A DNA stretch of 64,000 bases from Octopus vulgaris (lineage: Eukaryota): the NCBI GenBank assembly GCA_951406725.2, contig OX597818.1:61070001-61134000 (forward strand). The letters are read 5' to 3'. The notes beneath the pieces were generated by a model. The model was not told the DNA's origin. It was given only the letters and a program-made list of their open reading frames with translations, and searched no databases. The translations under genes were made by a program, and so were the position numbers. Of the stretch, positions 63,100 through 64,000 are shown piece by piece (position 1 is the first letter of the stretch; each line of letters begins with the position of its first letter).

Positions 63100-63653
63100 A
63101 TGTTACAAGCAAAATGCCCCCCGTCCAATGGACGGTGTTGTCAAACATTTAAACCAAATTTTCTCAAGACAACTTTATCAACCGTCCCATAGGCCTCCCC
63201 TTTGAGAATGCACGTTCCCAAGGCTTTATTGATCGTATTCTCACCTGGAATCGATTTTTGTAATTTTTTCAAGGCTTATACACGCCCTGATACCGTCGGT
63301 ATCTACACATCAAATTTGAGTGCAATCGGATGGAGGATGCCCGAGATCCTAGAAGCAAAACACACACACACACACAGACAGGCAGAACGGATTTTATATA
63401 TATTTCTTTATTGCCCATAAGGGGCTAAACATAGAGGGGACAAACAAGGACAGACAAAGGGATTAAGTTGATTATATAGACCCCACTGTGTAACTGGTAC
63501 TTAATTTATTGACCCCAAAAGGATGAAAGGCAAAGTCGACCTTGGCGGAATTTGAACTCAGAACGTAACGTCAGACGAAATACTGCTAAGCATTTTGCCC
63601 AGTGCGCTAACCTTTCTGTCAGATCGCCGCCTGAACAGATTTTATATAATAGA
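63100..63653 (-). mobile_element. Probable Helitron 5' portion interrupted by a family B SINE (63401-63632)
   Basis: Minus strand begins A|TCTATTATATAAAATC then ...ctgcctgtctgtgtgtg. The SINE is flanked by the ~16-bp duplication gaac(g/a)gattttatata. No 3' CTAG end found; left boundary approximate. Confidence 0.55.
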
Positions 63654-64000
63654 TAAGTTCCTCAACTGACAAGACTTTTCAGTAACTGAATTTAAAATAT
63701 GAGAAAATAATAAAAATAAAAAATTATTTATGCCGGAAAACTGAGCCATGCTGTATACAAACTTGTGGAATCATTAGCATTTGTTGTGTTCCTTTGTCAA
63801 GTACTTTGTGAGATTCAGCATATTCATGAATGAGACATCCAATATCTGATATAAATCAAATATTTTGAAACCAATCTGTGTATATCTTCTATTAATCTTA
63901 AGTAGAAATTGCATTAAATATTCACGATGAGATTTTGTTATTAAAATTATAATTTTTTCAGTCCATTAATTTAATCTTTTTCATCTTTGCAGTTTCAATA

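Overview
AT-rich, repeat-dense eukaryotic DNA, most likely an octopus or other coleoid cephalopod (inferred from the SINE repertoire and microsatellite load, not proven). The window holds the 3' part of one minus-strand gene, a nephrin/Sns/SYG-2-type Ig-superfamily adhesion receptor. Nine GT-AG exons join in frame (62393 down to 23831) and encode the end of one Ig domain, four further Ig domains (one lacking cysteines), one FN3 domain, a transmembrane helix and a basic stop-transfer motif. Two weaker candidate cytoplasmic exons lie at 5991-6062 and 110-168. The introns contain several SINE families (labelled A-E here, my own labels), RTE, CR1-type and R4/Dong-type LINE fragments, piggyBac, hAT and Tc1/mariner MITEs, Helitrons and microsatellites. 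The most notable non-coding signals are: (1) a complete type I hammerhead ribozyme motif with a palindromic stem III at 1069-1154; (2) a tRNA-headed, hammerhead-bearing SINE-like element inserted as an inverted pair, in the manner of Penelope-like elements (25245-25592, with a derivative at 50496-50647); (3) SINE and MITE multimers whose junctions recur at independent loci. No prokaryotic features, CRISPR arrays or true tRNA/rRNA genes were found. All family assignments are by eye, without database searches.
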